From Bugula neritina (taxonomy: Eukaryota; Animalia; Bryozoa): 64,000 nt of DNA. Positions 38,301 to 64,000 of this stretch are shown here, piece after piece (position 1 is the first letter of the stretch; the number at the start of each line of letters is the position of its first letter). The stretch lies in contig OZ037769.1 in NCBI GenBank assembly GCA_964035545.1, positions 1,488,001 through 1,552,000 of the forward strand. The letters run 5' to 3'. Under the pieces are notes generated by a model, which was given only the letters and a program-made list of their open reading frames with translations, made no database searches and was not told where the DNA came from. The translations under genes and the position numbers were made by a program.

Positions 38301-39573
38301 GTTTCGAATTGAAAACAGATCAAGAAATGGTGAATCTACAATTCCTGTATAAGTTGAAAGCAAAACAATTTGTCATTGATTTACAGATATACAACTTGAT
38401 TTGGTGCTCTATAAAACAGATCAGACAAACAAGCATGATGCTGTATTTGATCAAATATGCGCTGCTAGTTTATTAAGCTGCAATCATGTGTATATGTGTA
38501 TATATATGCTAATAACATGCTAATAACATGTGCTTGTGTTGTTTCATGTATGCATATATACCATATTTTTATAATATTGTCACATCTCATCAAATTACTT
38601 TATTTGTTTAAATTACAGAAAGAACTTCTGTGAAAAGCTTATCAAATGGCCAAGAAAATGAAAATGTAGAAGGTGAAGCTTTTAGTCCCACCCATCAGTA
38701 AAATGCAATTGTAGCCAAATTGATTTACTGAATTTAAAATGTTTTGTTTCCTTTAGTCAAGGAACTTACACTTTTACTTAACGACACCAACTTGTATGTA
38801 TTCAGCAGATAACTCAGCCTTTGAACCTAACGTTCAGGAAGAGCAACAAGGGAGTGCTTCAAAGGAGGTTAGCCTAACACCAGTTTTCAGCAGGCAACCA
38901 GTGTCAACAGTCTATCCAGCTCCAGGTCCTAGTACCAATCATGGCAATCACACCTCAAATAATCTCTCTAGAATCCCTGGAAACTTCTTGCCTGATGAGG
39001 GTAGCTATAAACTGTCTATTAATTAGGAACTCGGATGATACTTTGGCCATATGGCTAGTTTGAATCTTTCTAAAAGCAGCTCTGAGTTGGAGGTGACTGA
39101 GTTCATTAATTTGGGAATTTCAAGCTTTGTTTATTTTGGAACTTTGAACCCCCAACTCCAAACTTGAGGCCCCAAACTAGTACGCTCTTCCACTCTCAAC
39201 TTGGGCTCCTTAAATATATTACCAGTTGCTCTCAAGTTAACAAAAATGTGTTTTTCTATATAATAAAATGATGCTATTTTCACTGTATGCAAAAGAATCA
39301 TTCAATGTTGCTGTAGAAAGTTATATGAAAAGCTATACGAAAATTGGCCCTCTCATTGGTCAAGATACGCTGGAAGAGCAAGGAAATTTATCATTGCAAA
39401 GAAATGCACGCAACATTCTTGGTGATGAATGCAACATTCAGAAGAAGGCCGATGCTGACTTCCAAACTGAGAGCAAGAAAGACCAGGCAGCTAATCACAA
39501 AGCACGTGACAACAAGAGTAAAGCAACTACATTTCAACCTCAACCCGCCCCTCGGTTAAGCAGAGTTAACTGA
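29350..39573 (+). CDS. Paralogue A: single-pass receptor with two tandem mGluR-like Venus flytrap (ANF_receptor) domains, 16 exons, ~1155 aa
   Basis: Exons 29350-29407, 30187-30306, 30992-31132, 32606-32760, 33261-33501, 33916-34268, 34473-34648, 35140-35437, 35896-36132, 36420-36578, 36749-36931, 37301-38093, 38282-38329, 38619-38672, 38806-39000, 39317-39573 sum in frame. Signal MLLYFITLCLSCVGSCSTS. mGluR-like motifs: AKAIAELAAKLNFDYVSV (VFT1); YLPGDYVI, LRSEAVIFA, IFDTC, IVGLMGDYSS, FLRVQPS, EYGESG, NLWF..MYQEKRKC (VFT2). One TM, LLPVAFGVPLSVFVIITILLLARLLW. Confidence 0.85.
31295..31593 (+). mobile_element. ~300-bp MITE family, copy 2
   Basis: ttaa|cccctcattcacac...gtgaatgaagg|ttga, with internal inverted cagccattttt/aaaaatggctg. 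Confidence 0.8.
35512..35705 (+). mobile_element. tRNA-derived SINE
   Basis: A-box-like ggtagtgtagaggttag and B-box gggttcgaacccc, followed by ggtaggaagagcatttagtc...aattgctcc, which resembles a conserved SINE central domain. Confidence 0.65.
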
Positions 39574-41313
39574 ATTTACCTTTTGTTTTTTCTTGTAGCT
39601 GAAACTACAAAACTTATTAATCTGTTTGCACAATCAGCATTTATGATACGATATATTAATTCATTTGGGCAATATACAATATTTTTTTACTCGTGGGAAA
39701 AGCACAATTTTGCTAACAAAAACTCTATTGCAGTAATACCTTTCTCTTTTAGTAATGCTATAATCTAATTGAAGCAGAGTCCGTTTGAATTTATATAATC
39801 TATATTTTTTTATTTCAATGTTTTAGAGTTGTCTTTTCAATATATTTTTTGTTTCTTTTTATAACTGCATTATTAGCAATTGCATAAAGGCTTTTATAGC
39901 TTAAGCTATTATTTCTATGCATATAGTATTTAAAATACACAACTGAAATAATGAAATGGTAAAAATAAAAATAGCATAGCAAAATGTCCGGTTCCTGGTA
40001 TATTAGTATTCAGCATTTAGTTGCATCATACGGGCTGACAACTACCACAGCTCCGTCTGTTTAGTCTATAATGCCGCCTCTAATAGCATCAAACTTTAGT
40101 TATTGCTCACCGATAATGACAATTGACTACACAAAAGTTGCGACTCAATAAATTCAATGGTGAATAAACATCCTTTACCCAGTTATTAAAATCTTGCATT
40201 CTAAAAACCATTGAGTTTCTGTCCTTAATATGATTTCTCTTTTTAATAAACCTATTATAAAACTTAGGCTAAGTTTCTTGCTTGTGAAATCTGATAATTT
40301 TATCTGAAAGTCAATTACTTGAGGCAAAGTTTAACTTAAAATTCTTTAACACAATAGAATATACTAAATAAAGGTATAATGTAGTGCTACAGCATGGTTA
40401 TGGAAAATATTGTGTTATGGTGCTAAAATATCCTAAAAAATGCTACTCATTGCTACAACGTGCTGCAAAATGCTAAAAATATTTATACATTGATTAATCT
40501 CACTATATGTGTACTTGAGTCAAACGCCCTCCTGTATAATATTAGTAGTAACCAGCCACCCATACCCATGTGACTCAGATGTTTAGTATCAAATAACTAT
40601 ACGATATCTTGTTATGCATTCTTGATCATCGGCTTCAGTTATTTAGATCTCTAACTCAGCCAACTGATTGAAAGTTAAGGCATGAAGAATCAGCTAGCAC
40701 ACAAATTGTTTTTGTAAATATTTGGCCTTCCATAATTACCTATAACAAAGAAATTCATGGAAACTCAATATTTCAATTACAGTCAATAATGTGCATAACT
40801 TTAAAAAAACTTAAATTGGTGGTTTTACATGATTCAACAATTGCTACTACTTTATAGATGTTTTTCTTTTAAGAAAAGCGTGGCACTGCGTAGCCGTTCT
40901 ATAAACAATAAACCACAAAGCTTAGCTTAACTGAAGCTTTGTAAAGCATGTCACTATATAAGCATATAAGCTTCAGTGCCTATGACAGAATATAAATCTT
41001 ACCATGTTCATATTCCATTCCACTGTGTCTATTTACAATTAGGAGACACACACATTCCTGTTAAATCATTATATTTTAATTCCTTGTTGGAACTATTTTA
41101 CCTGAGTTGTAATAAATCACATTTCAAATCCTTCTAAAACCATTTAATGTAAGTCACCCTTCACTTACCATGGTACTTAGTAGAATTGTGTTATGTACGA
41201 TGACATTGCGCTTCATTTATCATCTGATTACACAGTTTAGAAGGTTACATGATTTTTATGTAGGCTAGTCATAAGTGAAAGGGTTCTAACTAGACCTAGC
41301 TTATTTGTCTAGC

Positions 41314-55125
<13,812 letters not shown>

Positions 55126-55241
55126 AGAAATAGATTATATATATATATATTTAAATATATCTTTACGAGCTAGCAATTTGATTATAAATAGGTATACGAG
55201 AAACATTGTTGATTTATTACTTTATTAGGTAAAGTAATTAC

Positions 55242-55282
55242 ACTGATATTTCGGGTACCACTGTACCCATCTTCAGAGTAGC
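55242..55282 (-). ncRNA. Minimal hammerhead ribozyme (mirror copy)
   Basis: Reverse complement of the 56053-56095 motif. Confidence 0.7.
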
Positions 55283-56052
55283 AATTAATGAAATTCAAAA
55301 ATTATTATGTTACGTTAGATGTTATGCATGACACAAAGAATAGAGAGTGGCAGTTATTGTAAATTATTGAAACTTAGGGAGATAATCTTATTTTATATAA
55401 TACGCAGGTCAAAACTTATACTGATTTTTTTGCATAAAAAATAAATTAGAGTTGACAAAAAAAATAGATATCCAAATATAAAAACAGCAAGAATTAGTGA
55501 AACTATGTGAGAGTTGAGTAGTGTGGAGCTATTGATATAGTTTTAGTGGTATGGAGTAATTTAGTTTATTGAGTTGCGGTTTTATTTGTTTAATGTAGAG
55601 AGCTTCGGCTACTTTTCGATGGTGGATTCCTTTAAATGAATGATTTAAAACTGTTACATTGTCTATTGATATGTTTCCATGATTAGTGGTGGAGATGTGT
55701 TGATAAATTTTGGAATTGATGTCTACATTGGAATCTCTACATTAAACAAATAAAACCGCAACTCAATAAACAAAATTACTCCATACCACTAAAACTATAT
55801 CAATAGCTCCACACTACTCAACTCTCACATAGTTTCACTAATTCTTGTTGTTTTTATATTTGGATACCTATTTTTTTTGTCAACTCTAATTTATTTTTTA
55901 TGCAAAAAAATCAGTATAATTTTTGACCTGCGTAATATATAAAATAAGATTATCTCCCTAAGTTTCAATAATTCACAATAACTGCCACTCTCTATTCTTT
56001 GTGTCATGCATAACGTCTAACGTAACATAATAATTTTTGAATTTCATTCATT

Positions 56053-56095
56053 GCTACTCTGAAGATGGGTACAGTGGTACCCGAAATATCAGTGT
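56053..56095 (+). ncRNA. Minimal (Penelope-type) hammerhead ribozyme
   Basis: act CTGAAGA tgggtac agtg gtaccc GAAA t ATC agt: conserved core, stem II and a very short stem III. Confidence 0.7.
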
Positions 56096-59000
56096 AATTA
56101 CTTTACCTAATAAAGTAATAAATCAACAATGTTTCTCGTATACCTATATTTATAATATATATATATATTGCAAATATAGGTATATAAATATAATACTGAT
56201 ACCTGAACGTTTATCAATTATGATATTGTAAGTGCCTAACTTCAAACAATAAATATATTTTAGGTTAAAATACTTTTTGTATATATAATCAAAACTATAT
56301 TGTATATATTATTTTAATGCTATACGTTGCGTATAATAACATAAAGAAGCAATAACCATATGTATTATAATATTGTGATATTCTCTTTTACATACATTAT
56401 ACTGTTGTGGCAGTTCTTACTAACAAACTGGTTGATTAGTTGAACAAATTAAATTGCCTTTGTACAAATTAGTCATTTTCAACATTATATTTTCAATTAA
56501 ATACCTTCCTAATTTGCTTTCAATAATTACGTATATTTTGACTATTTTATTATAATAATATACTATTTGTGAAATGTAAGATGCCCAATAAAATAAACTA
56601 TATAGAATATAATTGATTCAACCTAAGTTTTATAGGATTTGTCTACTCATAGTAAAATTACTTCAAGGGTTTATATGTCAATAGGAATTGACCTATTTAT
56701 ATAAAATTATATAAAATCTCTCTAGTGACTCAATGGTTATAAGATCACTGATTTAAAAGTCAAGATTTTATAAGCATGCTTAAATCTCTTTTCAGCTTTA
56801 GCTTGTTAGCTTTGTGAATTTATCATTCAATCTGCTGTTATGAAATCTTATTTCGTATTCTAACATGGTATTTGAGATTTTTGAATGAACTGGAATATTT
56901 TACAAAAACATGTCTTTGGGAGTTATCTCTCTTTAGTGTATATGTAACTTTATGTCACATTGTGGAGTTATCAACCCTGTTGCAAGGAGGCAAATAGTAA
57001 CAACTCGGCTACAGCTAGCTTTCTTGAGACTAGATATGGCAGCATACTCGCTGCCTCAAATTCAATGTCTTTTCAGGAAGCCTTTGGCTGTAAATGATTT
57101 TTGATTGTCAATTAAGATTTTACCAACTTGGCATTAAAACAGTTACATATTATTTTACAATACTGCTGTTTCAAATAGGCTTTATGATAATGCTTGATTT
57201 GAAGCTTTCAATACATTTTTATAATAGTATTAGGTATTATACATCTATTAGCATCTAATGACTATAAAAGCGCATGAATGTCTTTGTTAATTTCCAAAGC
57301 TAAAAGTGTTGCAAAAATATTTTCAATTCAAATTGCTATTGCTTTTGTTTATCAAGCCCGAATAATAGTATACTAGCAATTCCCTAGCACAGCATTATAC
57401 GCTACAAAGTTTGAGAGCTTGCATTTCATAAATTAGTACAAATTTGAAGAAGCAAATTATACATAAGAACACAATGTGGAAAAGTTTCAAATACACCAGA
57501 ATGACTTCTTTAACCTTGTCTGTCATATTGTGGACAATATGTAGTCACTTTTACGGAGCTAGCGCACAAAGCTGCCATATTTCATTTGATCAAAGTAAGT
57601 AAAACTTCTTTACAACCTAAACAGTAACATGCACATATCAAGTTTGTACATATTTCATGTTAAAGGGTACTTTCATGTTCCCAGATTTGCTAGAGCACTT
57701 GCAGGCAAGCAAGAATTGCTAATAATAGCATAGCATGTCAAATTCTATATTTAGATTGAAAGTTGCAACTCTTCAAAAACATAGTGACGCTTATTTGTGA
57801 CTTCCCAAAACCTCAAAGTACATTAGTACAGTTGTTGGAATTTACAGAGCATTTGTGTTCAGAGTTATCTTGTCTATTTTTCTGATGAAACTGTATAAAT
57901 AGCACTGCGTTTCCATTATTTGCATTATGTGAATGCAATTCTCATTAGCCCCTCAAAAATAGTTGCATCAAAGCAAAACTGCACCCAGAAATTTATTCAT
58001 ACGGCTCCTACTCTCCTTCGCATGCAGTGTAGATGTGCACATTTTAAGGACATAGCCATGTGATTTTAATTAACCAACCAGAGTCCAGTACAATATCTTA
58101 AATTTTGTGTCCTAGTGTTGTCATATATGCAAAAACTGTTAGAAATCACAATATTATTCTAATAATGTTTTGGCGGTACAATAACAGTACTAGCAACATT
58201 ATATAATGTAGGCCTATATAGTAACCAGTGCCCCTTCCCTTCTCTTTAATAATAGGTAGACTGAGTTGAGTGAATTAACAAAATATTATTATTAAATCCA
58301 GTTTTATAACCTGCTAAATTTAGAACAAAATGATAATAGCGTATTATTTTCTGATCACAGTCTACAACCAAATACACCACAAAACACTTCAAAAAGTATA
58401 TGTAAGAAAGGTATACAAATTATGGTCGTAAAGTTTGAATGTTGATACTGCTCAAATAGCAACAGACATGTTTAGTGATGAAATATATGATTACAAGTGT
58501 CTGAATAGTATACCTATTGCATTCAGTTAACTACAGACAATTCAATAGGTGTAGACGTGCACTTCCTGTTGATAAGTGACTCTGCAGCAGATTGCTCAAG
58601 GAAGACAACTTCTGAATTTGTGAGTTCAGCTCAAACAACTCTCACTGAAATCAACCAACTTTCATCTAAACTCAATTTTGGTAAGTTTAATATACTGTTT
58701 GGCCATCAGCAGTAGAATGTTTTTCAGTGGGTGAGCCTTGCACATAAAATTTAGGTCTAAGATAATCGGACTGGTTGGAGATTACTCCAGCCATATCACC
58801 ATTGCAGTAAGTTGAGCTGCATTGTAATAGGCACTGGATTTTAATGCTTTGCAATAACAAGATGTGCATTATCTAAGTTACAAGAGTAATCTTGACCTTC
58901 GAAATTCTTTTTCTAGACATCGAACCCCATGCAACCAGTTCAAGTGTCAAAGACACAAACAAAAAGTGATTATTAAAATATTTTTAAATTAGAGAGCCCT

Positions 59001-60409
59001 ACTTAGCATCATTTGTTTGTTGTGAATAACTGACAGGTGCAAAGCAATTTAATTTGAGTTCAACTAATTTCATTATATGCACAGGGGAGACAATGCACAT
59101 CATGCAAAACAAGGGACTACACCATCAAATACGTTAGCAACTACCTTATAATTAGGAAAATATGTTTACATTGCATAAAGTATATAAATGTTCTATTTTT
59201 ATTGTAATATTGACAAATTTTTTTGTTATACTAAATATGTTCTACCATATATAGTGATGGTGGATGCAGTATAAGTACATCCTGTAAAATTTTATGTAGC
59301 TTTGGTCTAACTTCATATATAGTAACTCCAAGTTTTAACTTTGGACTAGAAATAGTTAAAATGTTTGCTTGTTGTATATTCTTTGTTGCTTCAACAGTTC
59401 AGTTCTGTAGAATTGTTAAAGCAAATCATCTGCAGACTATGCTGTGCATGTGCTATTGTGAGCCTTAGTTCGTGCCAAGTGTAATATTGGATATTAGTTT
59501 TCAGCATTGTTTCATGTTTCGAACATGCTGTCAAGATTTTTAAAGATTAGTGCATTTTTTAAATATAATTAAAGCATTTGCTTTGCGTGACTTAATCTTG
59601 AATTTTAACTGTTTTCTTGTCCAGGAGCAGCAGCTGATAATTCCTGTCAACTTGATTCATGTAGCCTACGGTGCCGCCACCTGGAAACTAGATGATAAAG
59701 TGCTGAGCAACACCCACTTCCTACGAACTCACCCGACTAGTTCCAGAGCTACCACCAATCTCATACAACTCATTAGGAACTTGACTTTAGATGGAAGAGC
59801 CGACATCAACTCTTATGTTCTGATCCACACCAACTCAGAGTATGGGAGGAGTGGCGCCATCGTAAGTTAACTCATTTTGATGGTCTTTTTGTACAACAAA
59901 TAACAATGATCTCTAAGTAATAAGCCATATCAAAGATTATAATTTAAACAAATGAAATGCAGATAAGCATATTTTTCACATGAATCATATTTAAAAGTTT
60001 TAAAATAACAGAAGTCTTCTTTTCTTCATCTTTTGTTCAATGTTTTCAGCATTTCAAAGCTAAATTTAATAAAAGTTTACTTAGCAACTATTTATTTACC
60101 ATGCTCATAATTCAACCAATTTCAACTCTATTTATATAAAGCCAGTGCAAGCAGCTCTCTGTATTTAGAAAATAACATCAGTGCTGCTGAAAGTTTGATA
60201 GAGTATTGGCAGCAAGTTGTGAATTCTAATTTTTAGAAACTTGAAGAAAAATTTGACAAAGAGAGTTTTTGTCAAATTGAGAAATTTGAACTAACATATA
60301 ATATTGACGAAGTTGCATTGTATGACGATATTTGGACGACACTCTCAGCTAGCTACAAGGATGGACTTATTGTTGTGTACAACGGAGAAGAAAAGGTTTG
60401 GATATGTTT

Positions 60410-60890
<481 letters not shown>

Positions 60891-63788
60891 ATCTCAGGCT
60901 GTTAGAAACTTACTACACAGACTAAGGGCAAGAAAGATGGAGTGGTGGAAAGAGAGTGGTAGTATATTCATAATGACAGAAGTATGGGAGGACAGACCTG
61001 AACTATTGGATGAGTATGGAGATCTGCTCAGAGGGTCCTTGACCTTTAAAATAACTCCTGAATTCAGTGTAAGAGCGAGTAGAACTATTACAATGCACAT
61101 TCATTTTCTTTATGGTATCGAATCAAAATTTAAAAAAATATTGGTAGAGTTTTAAAGTTAATATATTGACAGTTGATTTAAAACAACTTGACTTAAAATT
61201 TATTGTAATTAATTTTAATCATAAATTCTGTGTTAGAAATACAAAATATTAGTCACAGAAATTGAAACATTTTTAATAGGACATTTAAAACTGCAGGTTC
61301 CAAAAAAAATGAAAACAATCTGGATAATGGCCCTCATGATCCCAATAACTTTGATGTTCAAGTCAACAACATAAACATTGTCGATAGAGATCATATGACG
61401 ACCGGTAAGTGTCAGGATGCGCACCAGCTTTTTACAGTCTGTGCGTATCTCTAAAGCGATATGCATCCACCCTTGGTGGCTACTAAATACGAAAAATTCT
61501 TTCAGTTCAAGCAGTTGAAAAAGTTGCTAAATTTAATTAACACTGTGTCAGCAATACCTTTCGCTGGGAGAACAACAAATCTTCTGAAATATTGTACCAG
61601 CAGACCATTGACTTTGAGAATTTTTTTGTTGTTTTGTACTTTATAAATAAATTTGCTTTTGGTTCACAGAGGAGAATGCACATCCTGCAAATCAAATCCA
61701 AGGTGCTACTGGAACTTCTTTTATCAACAGTGGGACAAATTCACCGAGGCAACATTATGATGCCGACATATTTTCAGCTGCAGTGTTAGTTTGCACTATT
61801 TATTTGACTGAAATATAATCATGAGTTATTCTAAAGTTGAGTTTTATGAAACCTTGATGAGGTTACTCTGTCACTCGTTTATAGCTGGGGCCACCTGGTT
61901 GGATGTCCCTTCATCATTGCACGGGCCGAATAGTAACCCTCCCATAGAAGGTAACAGTGAAGGGGTCCAAGAAGAAGGAAGAGAAACTGCAAGCCGAAGA
62001 AGATCAGCTGATCTTGTGATAAAAGACTTAAATACCCATCCCAGACCGCCACCACAGGGCATGACATCATCGAAGTCAGCTGGCAGCCTCATACCCACCA
62101 AACAGAGCAACATTACAGAAGTCATTCTGGAGGAAAGTTCACAAACTGAGGAAGAATCATAAAAACTAAAAATACTAAACTACTAAGGCATGGCGGTTAG
62201 ATTTGCATCCGTGCATGATGTAGAAAGAGATATTTTATATGAGTGAACGGGTTAGCATTATATACATTCCGTCTCACGATACAGGCATAGGTTAACTCAA
62301 ACCAGTAAGCAAAGTCCTAAAAAATTAAATAGCCTGGCTACTTTATACGCATTGAAGTATACTTATGTATGCGGTCGAAACTTTTAGCCACTACATATGG
62401 TGCGAGATTTTAGCATCTACATGTACCACATTGAACAGGGCATGAACAGTGAACAGAGAGAGCTTGCTGATTCCTAACTCTAAGTAGGAGAGCTGAGTGG
62501 CTTTAAGTCACTTGCTTGACTTAGTTGACTTGAACTGACTTGACTTGGTTGACTTGAACTGACACCACTTGGTTAGAGATAGCTGGCAACATTTGAAAGT
62601 CATACAAGTAAAAGTATTTCACTGTTTACAAGTTTAGTTCCTTATTTCAGCACTTAGATAAATTTGTTACACTGTGATCATCTTGTAGAAATTCAAGCTT
62701 TCAACTATAATTTATATACAGTTAGTGGAAAGTATCATAGCCATTGTGTTTAACCACCAGCGAGGCATTTATTTAATCTTAAAGAATATATACTCATTCA
62801 ATAAAGATAAATGTATTAGTTTCAATCTATTTAAACTTAAACTTGAAGCTAAAATTTTTTAAGCTGCTGAATGCCAGTAATTACATGCACGCCAATTGAC
62901 ATTTTTTGTGGAAAATTTATAGGTCCACATTTAAGGCTGAAATTAAATATGGTTACGTGGTAAATTTCAATGGGATCGCATCAGATTACAGTTTCTTGAG
63001 ATTTGAATTATTCAAGTTTTATTAGAATTTAAGATGGTGGTGAAATTAATTCCTCAATCATGAAAATAATTATTTATATATAAGCTGAGGCGGTAATATC
63101 ATAGCTTGAATTCCATATATATACAAACAGTTCAATGTAATCTTTTTAGTTAATGAAGCAAGTTTTAAATCTGCTTGATGATTTTTAGTTTACCGCTAAC
63201 TTGCCCGTAGCAAAACAGCATAACTACAAAGAAGTGGATGTTTTATTGGCGGGATGTTATTTTGCAACGTCATGGTAAATACCTCCAATAATGTCAATGT
63301 CTTTTACATAATACACTTATCTGGTGTGTAAATGCAAACTTCCATAGCATTTCTACAGATTTGTTAATAATTGGGAAGATTATATCGAAATAATGTTCTA
63401 TTTAATCTTGCTATATACTGTAACTTATTATTGCACTATATTATATTATCCAACTCATTTATATAAACAATTTTACAAACTTGAAATTATTGATACTAGT
63501 TTGCAGATGTATGTTGCTATCTATTTGCATGACTTATTCCCTGTGTCCTTATTGTGTTATATAATATGTCCCTTACATATAACATAGATATTCTATTACA
63601 TGTTGTGTCTTGTGTCATTATATAGAAATTTCTATTTTTTAATATATTTGTTTGCTATACCACATAAATGTTTATTTAGTGTGTGTTACTTTGATAGGAT
63701 AACCATAGTTTTATTATTTTAAAAAGATTCATTCAGATGTTAGAACAACTTGAAGTTGTCCTCTCATGCGTAATGAGATAACGCATAG

Positions 63789-63892
<104 letters not shown>

Positions 63893-64000
63893 CTAAAGAA
63901 AAGTGAAGTTATTTGGAGTAGGATAAAAGCTATATAGTGCAATATAAAATGATATAACGGGAAGTAACTAATACTCTTGTCTAATAAAAGTTTAGTCTAA

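Larger units (their letters stand above)
55181..56156 (-). mobile_element. 5'-truncated Penelope-like retroelement with inverted pseudo-LTR (~420-bp foldback arms)
   Basis: Arms 55181-55601 and 55734-56156 are near-perfect reverse complements. Minus strand 55732-55529 translates to SNVDINSKIYQHISTTNHGNISIDNVTVLNHSFKGIHHRKVAEALYIKQIKPQLNKLNYSIPLKLYQ*, resembling the C-terminus of a Penelope GIY-YIG endonuclease. Each arm carries a hammerhead core. Confidence 0.85.

Noticed and set aside
38282-38329. Alternative frame KELRMKSFELKTDQEM resembling B's ERRMEMFLQTD (possible compensated frameshift)
   Set aside because: Too short to distinguish from chance, and the flanking exon phases support the other frame.
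39329-39346. YTKI as a canonical ITIM or ITSM
   Set aside because: The Y-2 residue is K in A and D in B, not S/I/V/L/T, so it is reported only as a Yxx-hydrophobic motif.
37301-39573. Calling A and B metabotropic glutamate receptors or receptor guanylyl cyclases
   Set aside because: Only one hydrophobic helix is present. No nine-Cys domain, 7TM, kinase-homology or cyclase exons occur before the stop or in the following intergenic DNA.
58721-58736. 3-nt micro-exon (ttttcag|tgg|gtgag) rescuing paralogue C
   Set aside because: The flanking introns would be 47 and 24 nt, and a 3-nt exon would not fix the phase mismatch.

Overview
AT-rich, intron-dense animal (probably invertebrate) genomic DNA, with all recognisable host genes on the + strand. 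Exons were assembled by eye from GT-AG sites, phase compatibility and family motifs, so the models need RNA-seq confirmation. (1) 1952-27451: a 42-exon receptor-type protein tyrosine phosphatase of about 1860 aa. It has a signal peptide, an F-type lectin/F5-8-like domain, about 10 FN3 repeats, a furin-type RKKR site, one TM, an active D1, a dead D2 and a PTPRA-like C-terminal DYANF motif. (2) 29350-62162: three tandem paralogues related to class C GPCR/mGluR Venus-flytrap (VFT) domains. Paralogues A and B each encode two tandem VFTs, a single TM helix and a ~190-200 aa tail with conserved YTKI and PxPAPR motifs; no 7TM or enzyme domain is present. Paralogue C is internally deleted. A and B show patchwork near-identity suggestive of gene conversion. 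Non-coding elements include a Penelope-like fragment forming a ~1 kb foldback with hammerhead ribozyme cores just after the B stop codon, a sense hammerhead in an intron of C, a 3.2 kb TIR element whose empty site is visible in paralogue A, several MITEs, tRNA-derived repeats and microsatellites.
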